DNA of 62,233 nucleotides, counting the filler, from Chiloscyllium plagiosum (Eukaryota): assembly GCF_004010195.1 (NCBI RefSeq). It is 5 parts of one record of this genome, joined end to end, with 100 filler letters (N's around TTAATTAATTAA, not from the genome) between each part and the next. Parts side by side here need not be neighbours in the genome. Positions count along the whole stretch, not along the records: positions 31,592 to 47,530 come from NC_057711.1; positions 47,631 to 53,640 come from NC_057711.1; 3 more parts are not named here. One strand, given 5' to 3'. The translations under genes and the position numbers were made by a program. The notes beneath the pieces are model-generated. The model was not told the DNA's origin and made no database searches. It saw nothing but the letters and a program-made list of their open reading frames with translations. Of the stretch, positions 39,206 through 52,074 are shown piece by piece (position 1 is the first letter of the stretch; each line of letters starts with the position of its first letter).

Positions 39206-41042
39206 TATAATGGGCCACAAGGACTGGACTTTCCCCCTTCCATTGCAAGTTCCTTTCCAGCCATGAGCAGGTGTTCTAACCCCTGGCATGGACAAGCTAC
39301 CTCTCTTCGCTGCAGAGAATGACATCAATCTCTCTTTATCACTACCTTCCTTTTGCTCCCACAATTGGTTCAGAAAATATTTTAATGTGCTTTGGTCAAT
39401 TAGGTCTCCTATCCTCCATCCCCAACTCTAATCCATGCAAGCTAAAGGAACTTGAAAGCTGTTGGACAATTGCAAAGGCCAAAACTTCTGAATTCATGTC
39501 CCCTTGGTGTCGTTATCTGCTTTACTTGCAGTTGTGATCTCTTATTTTTGACCAGTGACCAAATCAGAAGAATTTTGAATAGTTTTCTAATGTTGATATA
39601 TTTTCTGGTAAAGAAGAAAGTACATCCGATTTTCACTTCCATGATTTAGAATTAGTCTCAGTGCACCAGCTAGAAGACGAGCTGCTAGTATATATATTTG
39701 TGTTGTTATGGTAACAGGTCTGTGCTTATGCCTCCTGTGATAGCATGTGCTCTGTTTTATTTCAGGGTTTGTATCCATGGAATGTTATCTGTTTGTTGCT
39801 GATAGTGGAAAAATAGTTCACTCACTTTGGATTTTCACAATTCTGTCCTTATCATTCTAATGCCCGCAGTAGGTGAAAGGTCACTGAACTTTCTGTAAAA
39901 CTCAACACTACTAGCTCTGCATGTTTTACGTGCACACAGAACATAAATTGAATTTTTGCAAACTATTGGAGTTGTACGGGGTTATTGTTAACACTGCATC
40001 AATCACTGCCTGATAAATGAATGGTTCTGTTATAGTGTCAAAGAGTTATATAGCATCTTTTGGTCCAAATTGTCTGCATTGATCAGGTATCCTAAACTGA
40101 ACTAGTCCCATTTGCCAGCATTTGACTCGTATCCCTCTAAAGTCTTCCAATTCATGTACCCATTCAGATGCCTTTAAAAGTGAGGACGTTCTTGCCTTCT
40201 TTGCATTAATTCGTCCTGACAAAGATTTTAAATTACGACATCAGAAAGGCTGCAAGTTTAATCCCTGGTTTGTGCCATGAAAGCCAATGAGGCAGTAAAT
40301 ACTTAACAATTGACCTCAGGTCTTTTACGTAAAAGAAAGGGAATACCTAATAGGTACTTATTCCTGATTATTCAGGAATGACCACTAGAGAAAAGAGTTT
40401 CTTTGTGAAGAATAATGTGTCTAGCATTCAAAGTATTTGCCAACTGAATTCCCTTACAATGAAAAATGATCAGTTCGTTAAGACCTTGGAGATTGGCAAG
40501 TGTCATTGAAATTGTATCTCAGGCAAAATCATTAAGTGAGGAAATTAAAGGCAACATTGTTAAATTAAACCTAGATTTTCCATTTTTATCACGTTTTAGA
40601 CTCTCATCCTAACTGTTTATGTTGTGCAATGCATCTTATAGTATGTTGAGAAAAACTTTTGATGAATGAATCAAAATGTGCTGCCTTTTGCAATTTGTAA
40701 ATTGATACAGGACAAATAGTCTGTGTTAGATAAAAATACACACTAACCAGTCACTGGAAAACTGTCTTCCAGTTGTGGATCCTTCAGCCAAAGGGCTGAA
40801 TCTCTAATATCACTATTCAGACCCCTTTTGATATCAAATAACTTGAATAAATCTCTGTTTTATTTACTCCCAGGAGAGTAACTGCAGCTTCTCCATTCTT
40901 GCAATATAACTGAAGATTTTCATTTCTGGAGCAATTTAAAACTTTTTTCTCATGCTTTCATATCTTTTTTAAACTATGGTGCCCAAAGCTGGACACAATA
41001 CATTTCTTAAGAAAAGTTGCTAAACTTGTAAAGATGCCGTGT

Positions 41043-41363
41043 GGGCGGCACGGTGGCACAGTGGTTAGCACTGCTGCCTCACAGCGCCAGAGACCCGGGT
41101 TCAATTCCCGCCTCAGGCGACTGACTGTGTAGAGTTTGCACGTTCTCCCTGTGTCTGCGTGGGTTTCCTCTGGGTGCTCCGGTTTCCTCCCACAGTCCAA
41201 AGATGTGCAGGTCAGGTGAATTGGCCATGCTAAATTGCCCATAGTGTTAGGTAAGGTGTAAATGTAGGGGTGTGGGTGGGTTGCGCTTCGGCGGGGCGGT
41301 GTGGACTTGTTGGGCCGAAGGGCCTGTTTCCACACTGTAAGTAATCTAATCTAATCTAATCTA
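41043..41363 (+). mobile_element. Young HE1-type SINE
   Basis: gggcggcacggtggcacagtggttagc, gggttcaattccc and (taatc)n tail; CpGs retained. Confidence 0.92.
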
Positions 41364-41823
41364 AAAGATTTACAAGGTTGTTGCCAGGGTTGGAGGATTG
41401 GAGCTATAGGGAGAGCCTGAATAGGCTGGGATGATTTTCTCTGGAGCATCAGAGGTTAAGGGGTGACCTTATAGTGGTTTATAAAATCATGAGGGACATG
41501 GATAAGGTGATTAGCCAAGGACTTTTTCCCAGGTAGGGGAGTCTAAAACTAGAGGGTGAATGTGAGAGGGGAAAGATAAAAGCGACTTAAAGGGTAACAT
41601 TTTCATGCAGACGGTGGTGCATGTGTGGAATGAGTTGCCAGAAGAGGTGTTGGAGGCTGCTACGATTACATTTAAGAGGCATCTGAATTGGGATATGAAT
41701 AGGAAAGGTTTAGAGGAATATGGCCCAAGGGCTGGCAAATGGCAATAGATTAATTTGGGATAAATGGTAGGCATGGACGAGTTGGACTGAAGGGTCTGCT
41801 TCTGTGCTGTGCAACTCTGACTC
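41364..41823 (+). mobile_element. CR1 3' fragment
   Basis: Similar to 54214-54681; encodes LPGLED.SYRE.LNRLG and WNELPEEV motifs. Confidence 0.88.
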
Positions 41824-42513
41824 GATGACCTAACCTGTGTTTAATAGAGGTTTATCATAATTTCCTTACTTTTGCATTCTATGCACCTATTTATAAAACC
41901 TTAAATTCTGTATGCTCTGTATTCCAAATGATCATTTTGGAAAACTTTCCAATGCCTAAGGTTAATCTGACTGGCTTGAAGTTGTTAAACTTATCCTTGC
42001 ACCCTGTTGAACTAAGGGTGTAATATTTGCAATAATAGAGTCATCTTGCACCATGGTTTTTTCCAAAGAGTTGGAAAATTATAGTCAGTGCCTCTGAATT
42101 TTTAAACTCTTAGTTTCCTTTAATGTACTTTTCATCTGATCCTGGTAACTAGTTACCTCAAGTACAGCCAGTCAGTGTATTGCCTCATCTTTTAATTTTT
42201 AGTCAGTCCAGAATCTCAACTAGACAGTTTTTCATTATGACTTAAGTAGTGTCTTCTTTGTTTGTAAGAACAACTGCAGAGTACTCATGTGGCTTCCGAG
42301 CCATAAACCTCTCGTCCATTCATAAGTGGGAAAGTGTGAGTTTATGCAATTTAATAACAGAATAGAAGCATCGACTAATTTCTAAATGGGGAAAGTTTTG
42401 GAAATCTGAAGCACAATGGAACTTTGGATTCCTGGTTCAAGATTCTCTTCAGGTTAACATGCAGATTCAGTGGCAGTTAGTAAGACAAATGAAATGTTGG
42501 TATTTATATTGAG

Positions 42514-42644
42514 AGGAGAAAGTGAGGACTGCGGATGCTGGAGATCAGAGTCAATTGTGTGGTGCTGGAAAAGCACAGCAGGTAAGACAGCATCCGAGGA
42601 GCAGGAGAATCGATGTTTCCGGCCTAAGTCCTTCATCAGGAATC
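42514..42644 (-). mobile_element. Penelope-like 3' fragment nested in a CR1 remnant
   Basis: ggagaaagtgaggactgc.gatgctggagatcagag family; decayed hammerhead at 42612-42639. Confidence 0.7.
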
Positions 42645-45600
42645 AAGGCTGTATAAGGTTGACCCATTTGGTCAGATTGCAATATTGTGAATAGTTTTGG
42701 GATCCTCTGTCTTAAGGTCTCAATACCCTATTTCTGTCCATAATTAGTGCCACTCATTCTTTTCCTACCTTTTTCCTGTTTGTATGCTGATAAAAAGCTT
42801 AAAGATTTGCCCTTAGGTTAGCTGCCAGTTCTCTTTTGATACTTGTTTTTAACTTGTCCTCTGAAACTTCTCTATTGATCTTTGTACTCATCTGTATTAT
42901 CCAGCTCACAGCTGTATTTAGCATCCCATTCTCCTCCAACTTAGTGTCATGTGAGTCACTTTGGATTTTGTTGTCCTACCTTTCCCCCTCATGGGGATTT
43001 ACCTTGACTCATACTGAACTATCTCCTCTTTTAAAGGAGGCATACTTGGTGACAGTTTTGCTTGCCAATTGTTGATCCCAGATTACCACGACAAAATCTA
43101 TTCTTATCCCATTGAAGTTGGCCTTCCCCTAGCTAATCATTCTTCCTTTCTTGGAGTATGATGATGGGAAGAACAGATGCCGATTAGAATTGAGAATCAT
43201 CTTTACATCTTGTGTGGTGTGATATGAGTATCATCTAGTTGTCAGTATAGATGTGGTTGCAAGGTGGCCAAGGTTTCGGACATTCCAGAAGGACAGAAAG
43301 AAAGGAAAAAGAGAAATGTGGCTCTGTTAATAAAGGGTGACATCAATACCACGTGAGAAATTATTATGATTTATAGATCAAGATACAGAATGATTTTGGA
43401 GGGATAAGGATTTATGGGGCATTGGTGAGATTGCAATGGAAGCAGTTAAGGGAAAGCTGACTGGGCTGATTACAGGAGCAGAAACATTGTCTTCTGAGGA
43501 AAGATTGGGCAGTTTTGGTCCATGCTTATTGGAGATTTGAAGAATGGGTGATCTTATTCAAGCATGTAGAATTCTGAGGGAGCTTGAGTTGATGCTTTGC
43601 GGTGGTTCCCAACCTGGGAATCTAGGACTAATGGACACAGTTTAAAAAAGAGGTCTTTGTCTTTTTTTCAAAATAGGTCTTCTATTTAAGAGACAATGAG
43701 AAATTGCTTTTCTGAAGGTCTATTGTCTTTGGAATTTTGTCTCCAGAGGATGGTCGAAGCTGGATCATCAGAAATATTCAAGACTGAGTTACGACACATT
43801 TTTGATTTGGGAGGTACAGGTAATGACGGAAGACTGCAAAGTGAAGTTAAGGCTGTCGTCACATTCACCATTTTTTTTGAATGATAGAGTCTGGGGCTGC
43901 AAAACCTACTGCTGTTATTGATCTTAAATGAAAGAATGTCACCAGGAATCTAAGCCACTGGTTTTCCTACAGCTCCCATTGTACACAACAAATTTCATTT
44001 GGATTACCTATTTTATCTGTAAAAACTTGTTTTGTTATGATAAATTTGCAGTTACATTCGGTTGAATCTGAAATGCATGTGCAAAAACTGAACTGTAAGG
44101 TCAGGTAAAACATGCATTAAATGCTTGAAATTGACCTGACTCTGCAGCCAGATTATCTTGTTGAATGTGAAACTGTGTTAACACTTAGAAAAAGAACACA
44201 TACAATATCTATCAAAGTGACATACAAGGTTAAGAGGACAGCACATTGCTCTTTGTGAAAATAGCTGGAGGCCTAAGTTATCAGAAACTAAAAAGGAACA
44301 AGAAAAGGATCAAATTGGAGGAGTTTTGGTTCTTTGATCATTTAAATACAGAGTCATTTTGTCTTGAATTTTAGCAACATAATTTAAGAGGTACAGAAAG
44401 TTGCTGTTATTATTAAGACAATCCAGATCTAGTTGCTAGTGAATGAAATACTGCTGTAAAGTGCTGAAGTTGCATCTTTGAAGCTTTGCAAGGGGCTTAG
44501 TTCTTGACTACTTCTTTGGCAATGTATACAATTGATTAGAAGTTTTATTGATCAAGTTTGGAGAGAATTCTAAAATTAAAAGCTTAACCTGTGCTTTAAG
44601 TGAATTTACTGTAAATGAAGTTGTGGAGTTACACTTAGGCAGCTTAATGTCAAAGAATAACTTGTTTAAAATTTAAAGGCATTTTATCAACATGTTTAAA
44701 GAAAATCTCGCACATCACATTGCTCATTAGTGTTCTCTGTCTGACAGTTATGTTTGTGAATTGTTTATTCATATCAAACTGAGAGAAATTAATACTTGGG
44801 CTTAGACCCTTCAGTAGACTTGTGATCAGTTCCAAGCTGTCCCAACCAACATTTCTTTGAAGTTGCCTGACTGTGCAGCTGCTCAAATGTCCCACATAAC
44901 GCAGTTTAAATGCAAGCACATTGACTTCCATTTGCAGAAGTCCATGCAATGGAAAAGAAACTTAGGGGGATGTAGGTCCCAACCCCAGTGATAATGTTCG
45001 TGGGATACAGAGCAAACTCTTCCTCTGTATAATAACAATGGCCTAAAACATTGGATAGGAGGATATTTCTGATTGACACATAGACCGGAATTGTGTGTTG
45101 AGGCCATATGGGAGTCCTGATGCAGCTGACTTTGTGAGAATTGTCTCGGAAGTTGAAATTTCCATTGAGCTGTTACCTGGTACTGGAAACTGCCCTAGAA
45201 AGTCTCCAGCTTTGAGACTTTAGAACATTTAGCTTCAATCACTAGCCAGGAAATGTTAAAATTAAAAACTGAATCCAGGCTAGCTATGTAACTAACTCAC
45301 CTATCTCATCACTGAAATTCCCTTGCACACATCCCACACCTAAATTTGCCTTCTGGAACCAGTAGCTCTGTCAATCCTATGTCCTCCTATTCCTGGGACC
45401 CTTAAAGTACAGATAGGGTGCTTCAATGTGCAAAAGAGGGTCTATCTCTTCCCCCTCACCTCCCTCTGCCTGTGTGGATTCCTAGACTGGACAGTGCTCC
45501 TTTGCTGATATGGCTCCCAGCCCAGAAAATTTAGCCCACCACATGAGAATATACATGAGGATATGTATACTAGCAATTCTTAAATATATTTCAATATATT

Positions 45601-47194
45601 GTTGTCTGCCTCCACAGCTAATGTGATTTGAATTAATGTTCCCAGTAACAGTTTCACAGTGAGCAGATGGAAGCAACTTTATTCCATCATTACTCATCCC
45701 AGAGCTAAAGGAACATTGCGCTAAACTGTCGTGCCACTTGCCCAGTTTTCTTCAAGAGCATTTAATAACATTTGCTACGTACAAGCATTTTGTGGTAAAT
45801 TTAATGTAAATTAAATTTAACAGCGATAGCCTGGACAGCAACTTATGCCTTCAATGAACATCTCAAAGCAATCTACAAGCAACGTGGAACTTGGGTGAGA
45901 GAGGAAGGAAAAATTGAAGACACGGGAGATAAGAAGGAAAAAAATTTTTTTTAAATTTTGGGTGGTATTTGAAATGTAACTTATACAGTTGCATGGAGCC
46001 CTTAGTTATTCAGGACTCCAAAGTGGATGTTTTGAAAAACTATTTAAATATTTATCCTTCAAGATTGAACTTGATCATCCTCAATGATGGGAGCCTTGCC
46101 AGTCAACTTGAATTCTAGTTGATGAAGAAGAAAGACTAATCTGACACTGAATTGGTCTTTTCATGTTAGGGATACTTGTGGAGCTGCCTCCTCCACTGAG
46201 CTGTTTGATTCTCCTTCACTATTCACAATTGCATAGAGGCCTGAAGACTGTAAATCTGATCCACTGGCTGTGGGACTGCTTAGCTCTGACTAGTGCCTCT
46301 GCTAATGTTGTTTGGAATACATGTGATCGTTCAGCTCTTTGTTTATTAATCCTGATGTGTAACGCCGATGTTGACTTTTGTTTGCAACTGCTGAGCAAAT
46401 CTTAGTTGATAGATTTTCTGTATCAGACACACCCGAATCTTGAAACTGTAGCCCTGAATGTGGTTAGAAACATTTAAGCTCTATTCGGAAGCTTGCTATG
46501 TCAAATACATCAAAGGCTACCTTATGGTTTCGCATGATTTAATACTGTTGACTATGTGTTTAACCTTCAATTAACTTGCTTGCTGATTGTTCAAGCACGG
46601 TAGGTCTCATCAGTATGATGTTTATCACCACAATTTACCATGCCATATAATGATAAAGAACCAATAATCAATCTCTCATCAGTGGGTTTGTTTACTTGAA
46701 AAGTAAAACCCATTAGAAGTTACAAAGCAGGCATTACAGCGAACTGCTGATTTCCGTGTGTGGTGCTTGCAGACCCAGGGCAGACTAACTGCCAGGTTAG
46801 TCAAAACATTATGTACATGGAGCACATGCAATCCTTAAACTGTCTTAATGGCGAAGTACACATACAAAAGGAGTAGGCTAATCGGTCCTTCTACTCTATT
46901 CCAATATTCAAAAAAGCATCATGGCTGGCTTGTGGCCTCAGCTTCATCTTCCCTACTACTTTTGACTCTCAAGCTAATTATAAGTTTGTCTATCTCTGCC
47001 TTAGAGCGTTTAATGATCTCGTCTCCAACACTCCGAGAAATAGTATTACGAATATTCATGTCTTTCTCACCATATTCTTAAATGGGAGATCTCTTGCTCT
47101 AGGAAATTTGGACAGTTTCTATGTTACATTTTTCATTATTATTGGAAGATAGTTCTCCTGATTAGAAGTTCCCAAAGAATCTCCCAGTAGAACT

Positions 47195-47323
47195 GATTTG
47201 GAGATGCCAATGTTGGACTGGAGTGTACAAAGTTAAAAATCACACAACACCAGGTTGTAGTCTTTCATCTAGTGCTTCCAATTAAACCTGTTGGACTATA
47301 ACCTGGTGTTGTGTGATTTTTAA
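47195..47323. mobile_element. Fold-back Penelope-like mini-insertion
   Basis: 31-bp arms at 47232-47262 and 47294-47324 match 30/31 as inverted repeats. Imperfect TSD cccagtagaact / cccattaggact. Same family as 48030-48122. Confidence 0.72.
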
Positions 47324-47358
47324 CCCATTAGGACTAGTAGTCCTCTGATTATAACCTA

Positions 47359-47530
47359 GGAGAAAGTGAGGACTGCAGATGCTGGAGATCAGAGCTGAAA
47401 ATGTGTTGCTGGAAAAGCGCAGCAGGTCAGGCAGCATCCAAGGAGCATGAAAATCGACGTTTCAGGCATGAGCCCTTCTTCAGGAATGAGGAAAGTGTAC
47501 CAAGCAGGCTAAGATAAAAGGTAAGGAGGA
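47359..47530 (-). mobile_element. Penelope-like 3' end with hammerhead (47456-47483), cut by a linker
   Basis: Reverse complement ctgaagaagggctcatgcctgaaacgtc. Confidence 0.75.
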
Positions 47531-47630
47531 NNNNNNNNNNNNNNNNNNNNNNNNNNNNNNNNNNNNNNNNNNNNTTAATTAATTAANNNNNNNNNNNNNN
47601 NNNNNNNNNNNNNNNNNNNNNNNNNNNNNN
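47531..47630. other. Artificial 100-bp linker
   Basis: N44-TTAATTAATTAA-N44. Confidence 0.97.
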
Positions 47631-48122
47631 GTTACATTGTACTTTGCTCAAAAACTGCATGCATTCATGTAGAACTCTGAGCTCAAAAACTGCATGTAAA
47701 ACTCTGTTATCTCACTTTTTAGATTAGAATCAATATAAACATCATGGCATAGACAGAGAACATAGGGGGACAACACCTTCAACATATTGTCTAGCTATCA
47801 CCATTGTTAACAGCTAACCTGAGAATGCAACTTTAAAAAAAAGGTTTTGTGATTTACACATGAAAGAAGTGAAACTATCACTGTATTCTAACAGATGAAA
47901 GGCTTAATAGACAATCAATTTTTCAATGTATAATTTCAGTTACATCCCACTGTAAATTTTTGCTATAAATTCTGTGTTACGATCGAGCACTCCACTATCA
48001 CCTGATGGAGGAGCGTAGCTCCGAAAGCTAGTGTGCTTCCAATTAAACCTGTTGGACTATAACCTGGTGTTGTGTGATTTTTAACTTTGTACACTCCAGT
48101 CCAACTCCAGCATCTCCAAATC
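47631..48122 (+). mobile_element. Penelope-like 3' region with hammerhead motif at 47999-48033
   Basis: cac-CTGATGG-a-ggagc(gta)gctcc-GAAA-gc-TA-gtg, with one core substitution (A9 to G). Confidence 0.65.
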
Positions 48123-50981
48123 ATCCTTATTTTGTAGTATATATCGCCATTAATAAGGTCTAGGATGCAGTATGCTTTATTAACTGCTCTACAGGGTATC
48201 CTGACATGTTTAATGACAAATGAGTCATACACCTAGGTCTCTCTGCTCCTGTACACACTTTGCACTAGCATCCTTTATTTTGTATTATCACTAGATATTC
48301 TTACTACCAAAAAATATCAGCTCACACTTCTCCACATTAAATTTCAGTACACTTTACCAACTTGTCAACATTATGCCCAAAGGTGCATTATATGGTTAAG
48401 TAATCATTCCTCCTCAGTTTGTCATAAACTATCACTATTCTATGAAGGTTCAGAAAAGAAGATAGTGCAAGTTAACTGAATATCTATTTATGAATAATTA
48501 TGGTGACTCTAGGACTTTGTTAATAATGAGCTCCTTTGGTTTCAGCCTTTTACTTTCAAAACCTTGCACCACTAAAATCATTAAATTTTACTGAAATTAC
48601 TAACTAGAAAAATATTGTGCCCTCATCAATCCAGCAAGGCAAGTTCCTTTACAACAAATTCTGGAAGAAAATTTAATGTTCTGAGCAATTCAACCAAATA
48701 CAATATTAATTGTCTTGATAACATAAAATTGCAATAGTAATGCCTATACTGAGACACACACTATATCTACAAGCTGATTTAATGAAATAGTTTATTAAAA
48801 AGAGATTGCAATTGTCCATGCCCAGATTCCAATACCTGGTAGAAATGATCATGATTCCAGGGTGATCGCAAGCTAAAGTTTAAAATTCTGAATGTGTACT
48901 GTATAGAGGACATCATTTAACACAGGGCATGCCGGAATTATTAGTTTTCTAAACAACTGCTTTCTGATCTTTCTCATGCCTAGTTTACATTTGTATAACT
49001 GGATCCTTCTGGTGAAGATTAGAGAATTTATTAATCCAATTTGTTTAAACAAACATGTACATTAACATACCTACAACCAGATGCAACACAGGTAATGTGT
49101 TTCCTAATTAATGCCATTACCTGCCATAGTTTAGTTTCCTCTATGTAAAAAAGAACAAATTCTTATTTCTAAGATGTAGATGATATAATCTGATTAATTT
49201 ACATTTTAAGAATGTGCTCTTCAAAAATTATTTTGTTTCAATTATGTTTGGCTTAGAATATAAATAGTTGTGAGCCAGTGCAATGACTTCCATTAAATCC
49301 AGATGGAGGCCTTAACTTCACCCAAATTCATGAATTATTGTTTTGGCTCTTCCTTGTGAGATCTGTGACCTGATCAGCAAAGAGTATCTTTCCAATATTG
49401 AATTCGACCATGCAAGTTGACACTAAAGTAGTTCTTGGCAAATAAGTCAAATACACTACTAAAAACCAGTCTTTATAATCTTCATCTTATTAAGATGAAC
49501 AGCCATTGCTGTTTCTGTGTCAAACATGTTAACTGAAATTGATTTGTTAAACTTTGAATTAACTACACCATGCAGTTATCAGCAAATTGAAATCAACAAT
49601 TGTAACCATGAAGCACGCAATTATGCAAAAAAAATTAACTGCAGAAAGGAGCAATCTTTATTTCAGTTTTTGATTAATATAGCAATCCTGACTTAAAATG
49701 GAACAATCTCTTGTATAGCCCTCAATCAATTCAAGATTTTTGCGATGAGCAATTGACCCTATCTAATTTTGCAAATATAGATGCTTTGCTAGATATTTGA
49801 ATTGTTAGGAAGTGTTTACAAAACAATTTTCACTGTTAGAAATATTCTGCTGGAGAATGAGTCCTTCAGGCTTGCTACTGTAATAAGAGATGGACAATAC
49901 ATATTTACTTTGGCACACAGATCTAATTTTCAACACAACTGGCACATGTGCAGTTGCTCTCAGTCACTATGCACTTCAGTTTTAATCCCTGCCATAATGA
50001 TTGGAAAAAAATAATCTTGCTGTTACCTTCACAGAGTTGCACATAATTGTTTTAGTTCTCTGTTTGCTCTGCCACTGATTTTAATTTTACGCATTCCTCT
50101 GCTTTTGATGAGATCCCGCTCTTGTCATTTATGCTTGAGTTTAAATGAGTGATACTTTCAAAGGCATGTTCTGTCCCTAATCGTTGGAACACTGCTTTGT
50201 ATTAGCTGTTTCCCAACTACAGCAGCAGTTCCTTTGACAGCAAAATAATATACAATCTTCAGGGTGATGAGAAACTGGTTTATAGCTTTAGGCTTGTCAG
50301 TTACACCCACTGGGTTTATCACCCATAACTGAATTTATCCCTATAATAGCTTGTTGCAGGGATAATTTGTAATTCTTCTATGATGTAACATTTGTAATTA
50401 TTTTTGATCTGATCATTAAATATGAACTTAATTCAAAAACAATATAACTATTTACATTGAAAAACAAAAAAATTAATAAACTTAAAGGGCTAGTTGAACC
50501 TCACATTATTTTGAGTCATGAGCTGTAAAGCAGATGAAATTAGTTATAATAACGGAGGAGGCACACATCAAGCTGATTTATTAAACTCAACATGTCTTTT
50601 AAGTACGGATTACCTGACTGAATATAATTAATGCACTTTTCCTACACTTCTCCATGCCTAATTAAAAGATAGTTAAATGTCTACATCCATTTCCACTCAC
50701 TAAACACAATTTTTCCCCACACTTAAAGATTACTCAAGAACACATGCCAAAAGAAGATGCATACTCTTCCACATTGAATCATTACTTTTAAAATTACTTT
50801 AAATGCTCAGAGGATTTGTTCGGCAGCTATATGTCTGATCAAGGTCACAGTTCTAAACAGATTTAAAATGGGGGAAATTAACTTAATTAGTTTTGGGAAA
50901 TAAGGAGCGGAATTTTACAAAACCTAGGAAGTCCCATTGCCAAGACCAAAAGTGAAGCAATCCAAGTTTGATGAGTGATGG

Positions 50982-52074
50982 AGAAAGTGAGGACTGCAGA
51001 TGCTGGAGATCAATGCTGAAAATGTGTTGCTGGAAAAGCACAGCAGGTCAGGCAGCATCCAAGGAGCAGGAGAATTGACATTTTGGGCATGAGCCCTTCT
51101 TCAGGAATGAGGAAAGTGTGCCAAGCAGGCTAAGATAAAAGGTAGGGAGGAGGGACTTGGGGGAGGGGCGTTGGAAATGCGATAAGTGGAAGGAGGTTAA
51201 GGTGAGGGTGATAGGCCGGTGTGGGGGTGGGGGCGGAGAGGTCAGGAAGAAGATTGCAGGTTAAGAAGATGGTGCTGAGNNNNNNNNNNNNNNNNNNNNN
51301 NNNNNNNNNNNNNNNNNNNNNNNNNNNNNNNNNNNNNNNNNNNNNNNNNNNNNNNNNNNNNNNNNNNNNNNNNNNNNNNNNNNNNNNNNNNNNNNNNNNN
51401 NNNNNNNNNNNNNNNNNNNNNNNNNNNNNNNNNNNNNNNNNNNNNNNNNNNNNNNNNNNNNNNNNNNNNNNNNNNNNNNNNNNNNNNNNNNNNNNNNNNN
51501 NNNNNNNNNNNNNNNNNNNNNNNNNNNNNNNNNNNNNNNNNNNNNNNNNNNNNNNNNNNNNNNNNNNNNNNNNNNNNNNNNNNNNNNNNNNNNNNNNNNN
51601 NNNNNNNNNNNNNNNNNNNNNNNNNNNNNNNNNNNNNNNNNNNNNNNNNNNNNNNNNNNNNNNNNNNNNNNNNNNNNNNNNNNNNNNNNNNNNNNNNNNN
51701 NNNNNNNNNNNNNNNNNNNNNNNNNNNNNNNNNNNNNNNNNNNNNNNNNNNNNNNNNNNNNNNNNNNNNNNNNNNNNNNNNNNNNNNNNNNNNNNNNNNN
51801 NNNNNNNNNNNNNNNNNNNNNNNNNNNNNNNNNNNNNNNNNNNNNNNNNNNNNNNNNNNNNNCGCCCCCACCCCCCCTCCAGCCTATCACCCTCACCTTA
51901 ACCTCCTTCCACCTATTTCATTTCCAACGCCCCTCCCCCAAGTCCCTCCTCCCTACCTTTTATCTTAGCCTGCTTGGCACACTTTCCTCATTCCTGAAGA
52001 AGGGCTCATGCCCGAAACGTCGATTCTCCTGCTCCTTGGATGCTGCCTGACCTGCTGCGTTTTCCAGCAACACA
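50982..52074. mobile_element. Penelope-like insertion with long inverted ends and 14-bp TSD; centre is an N gap (51280-51862)
   Basis: ttgatgagtgatgg at 50968-50981 and 52075-52088. 51863-52074 is the reverse complement of about 51021-51235. Confidence 0.8.
51994..52021 (+). ncRNA. Minimal type I hammerhead ribozyme core, intact
   Basis: CTGAAGA-a-gggc(tcat)gccc-GAAA-cg-TC; palindromic ACGT in place of stem III; weak stem I. Confidence 0.7.

Noticed and set aside
41043..41115. tRNA gene
   Set aside because: The A/B boxes belong to the SINE head; the sequence continues into the SINE body and tail.
50165..50248. Signal-peptide-like frame HVLSLIVGTLLCISCFPTTAAVPLTAK*
   Set aside because: No start codon in frame, immediate stop, and no match to the ADGRV1 N-terminus.
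51221..51901. ORFs longer than 200 aa
   Set aside because: They consist almost entirely of N-gap codons.
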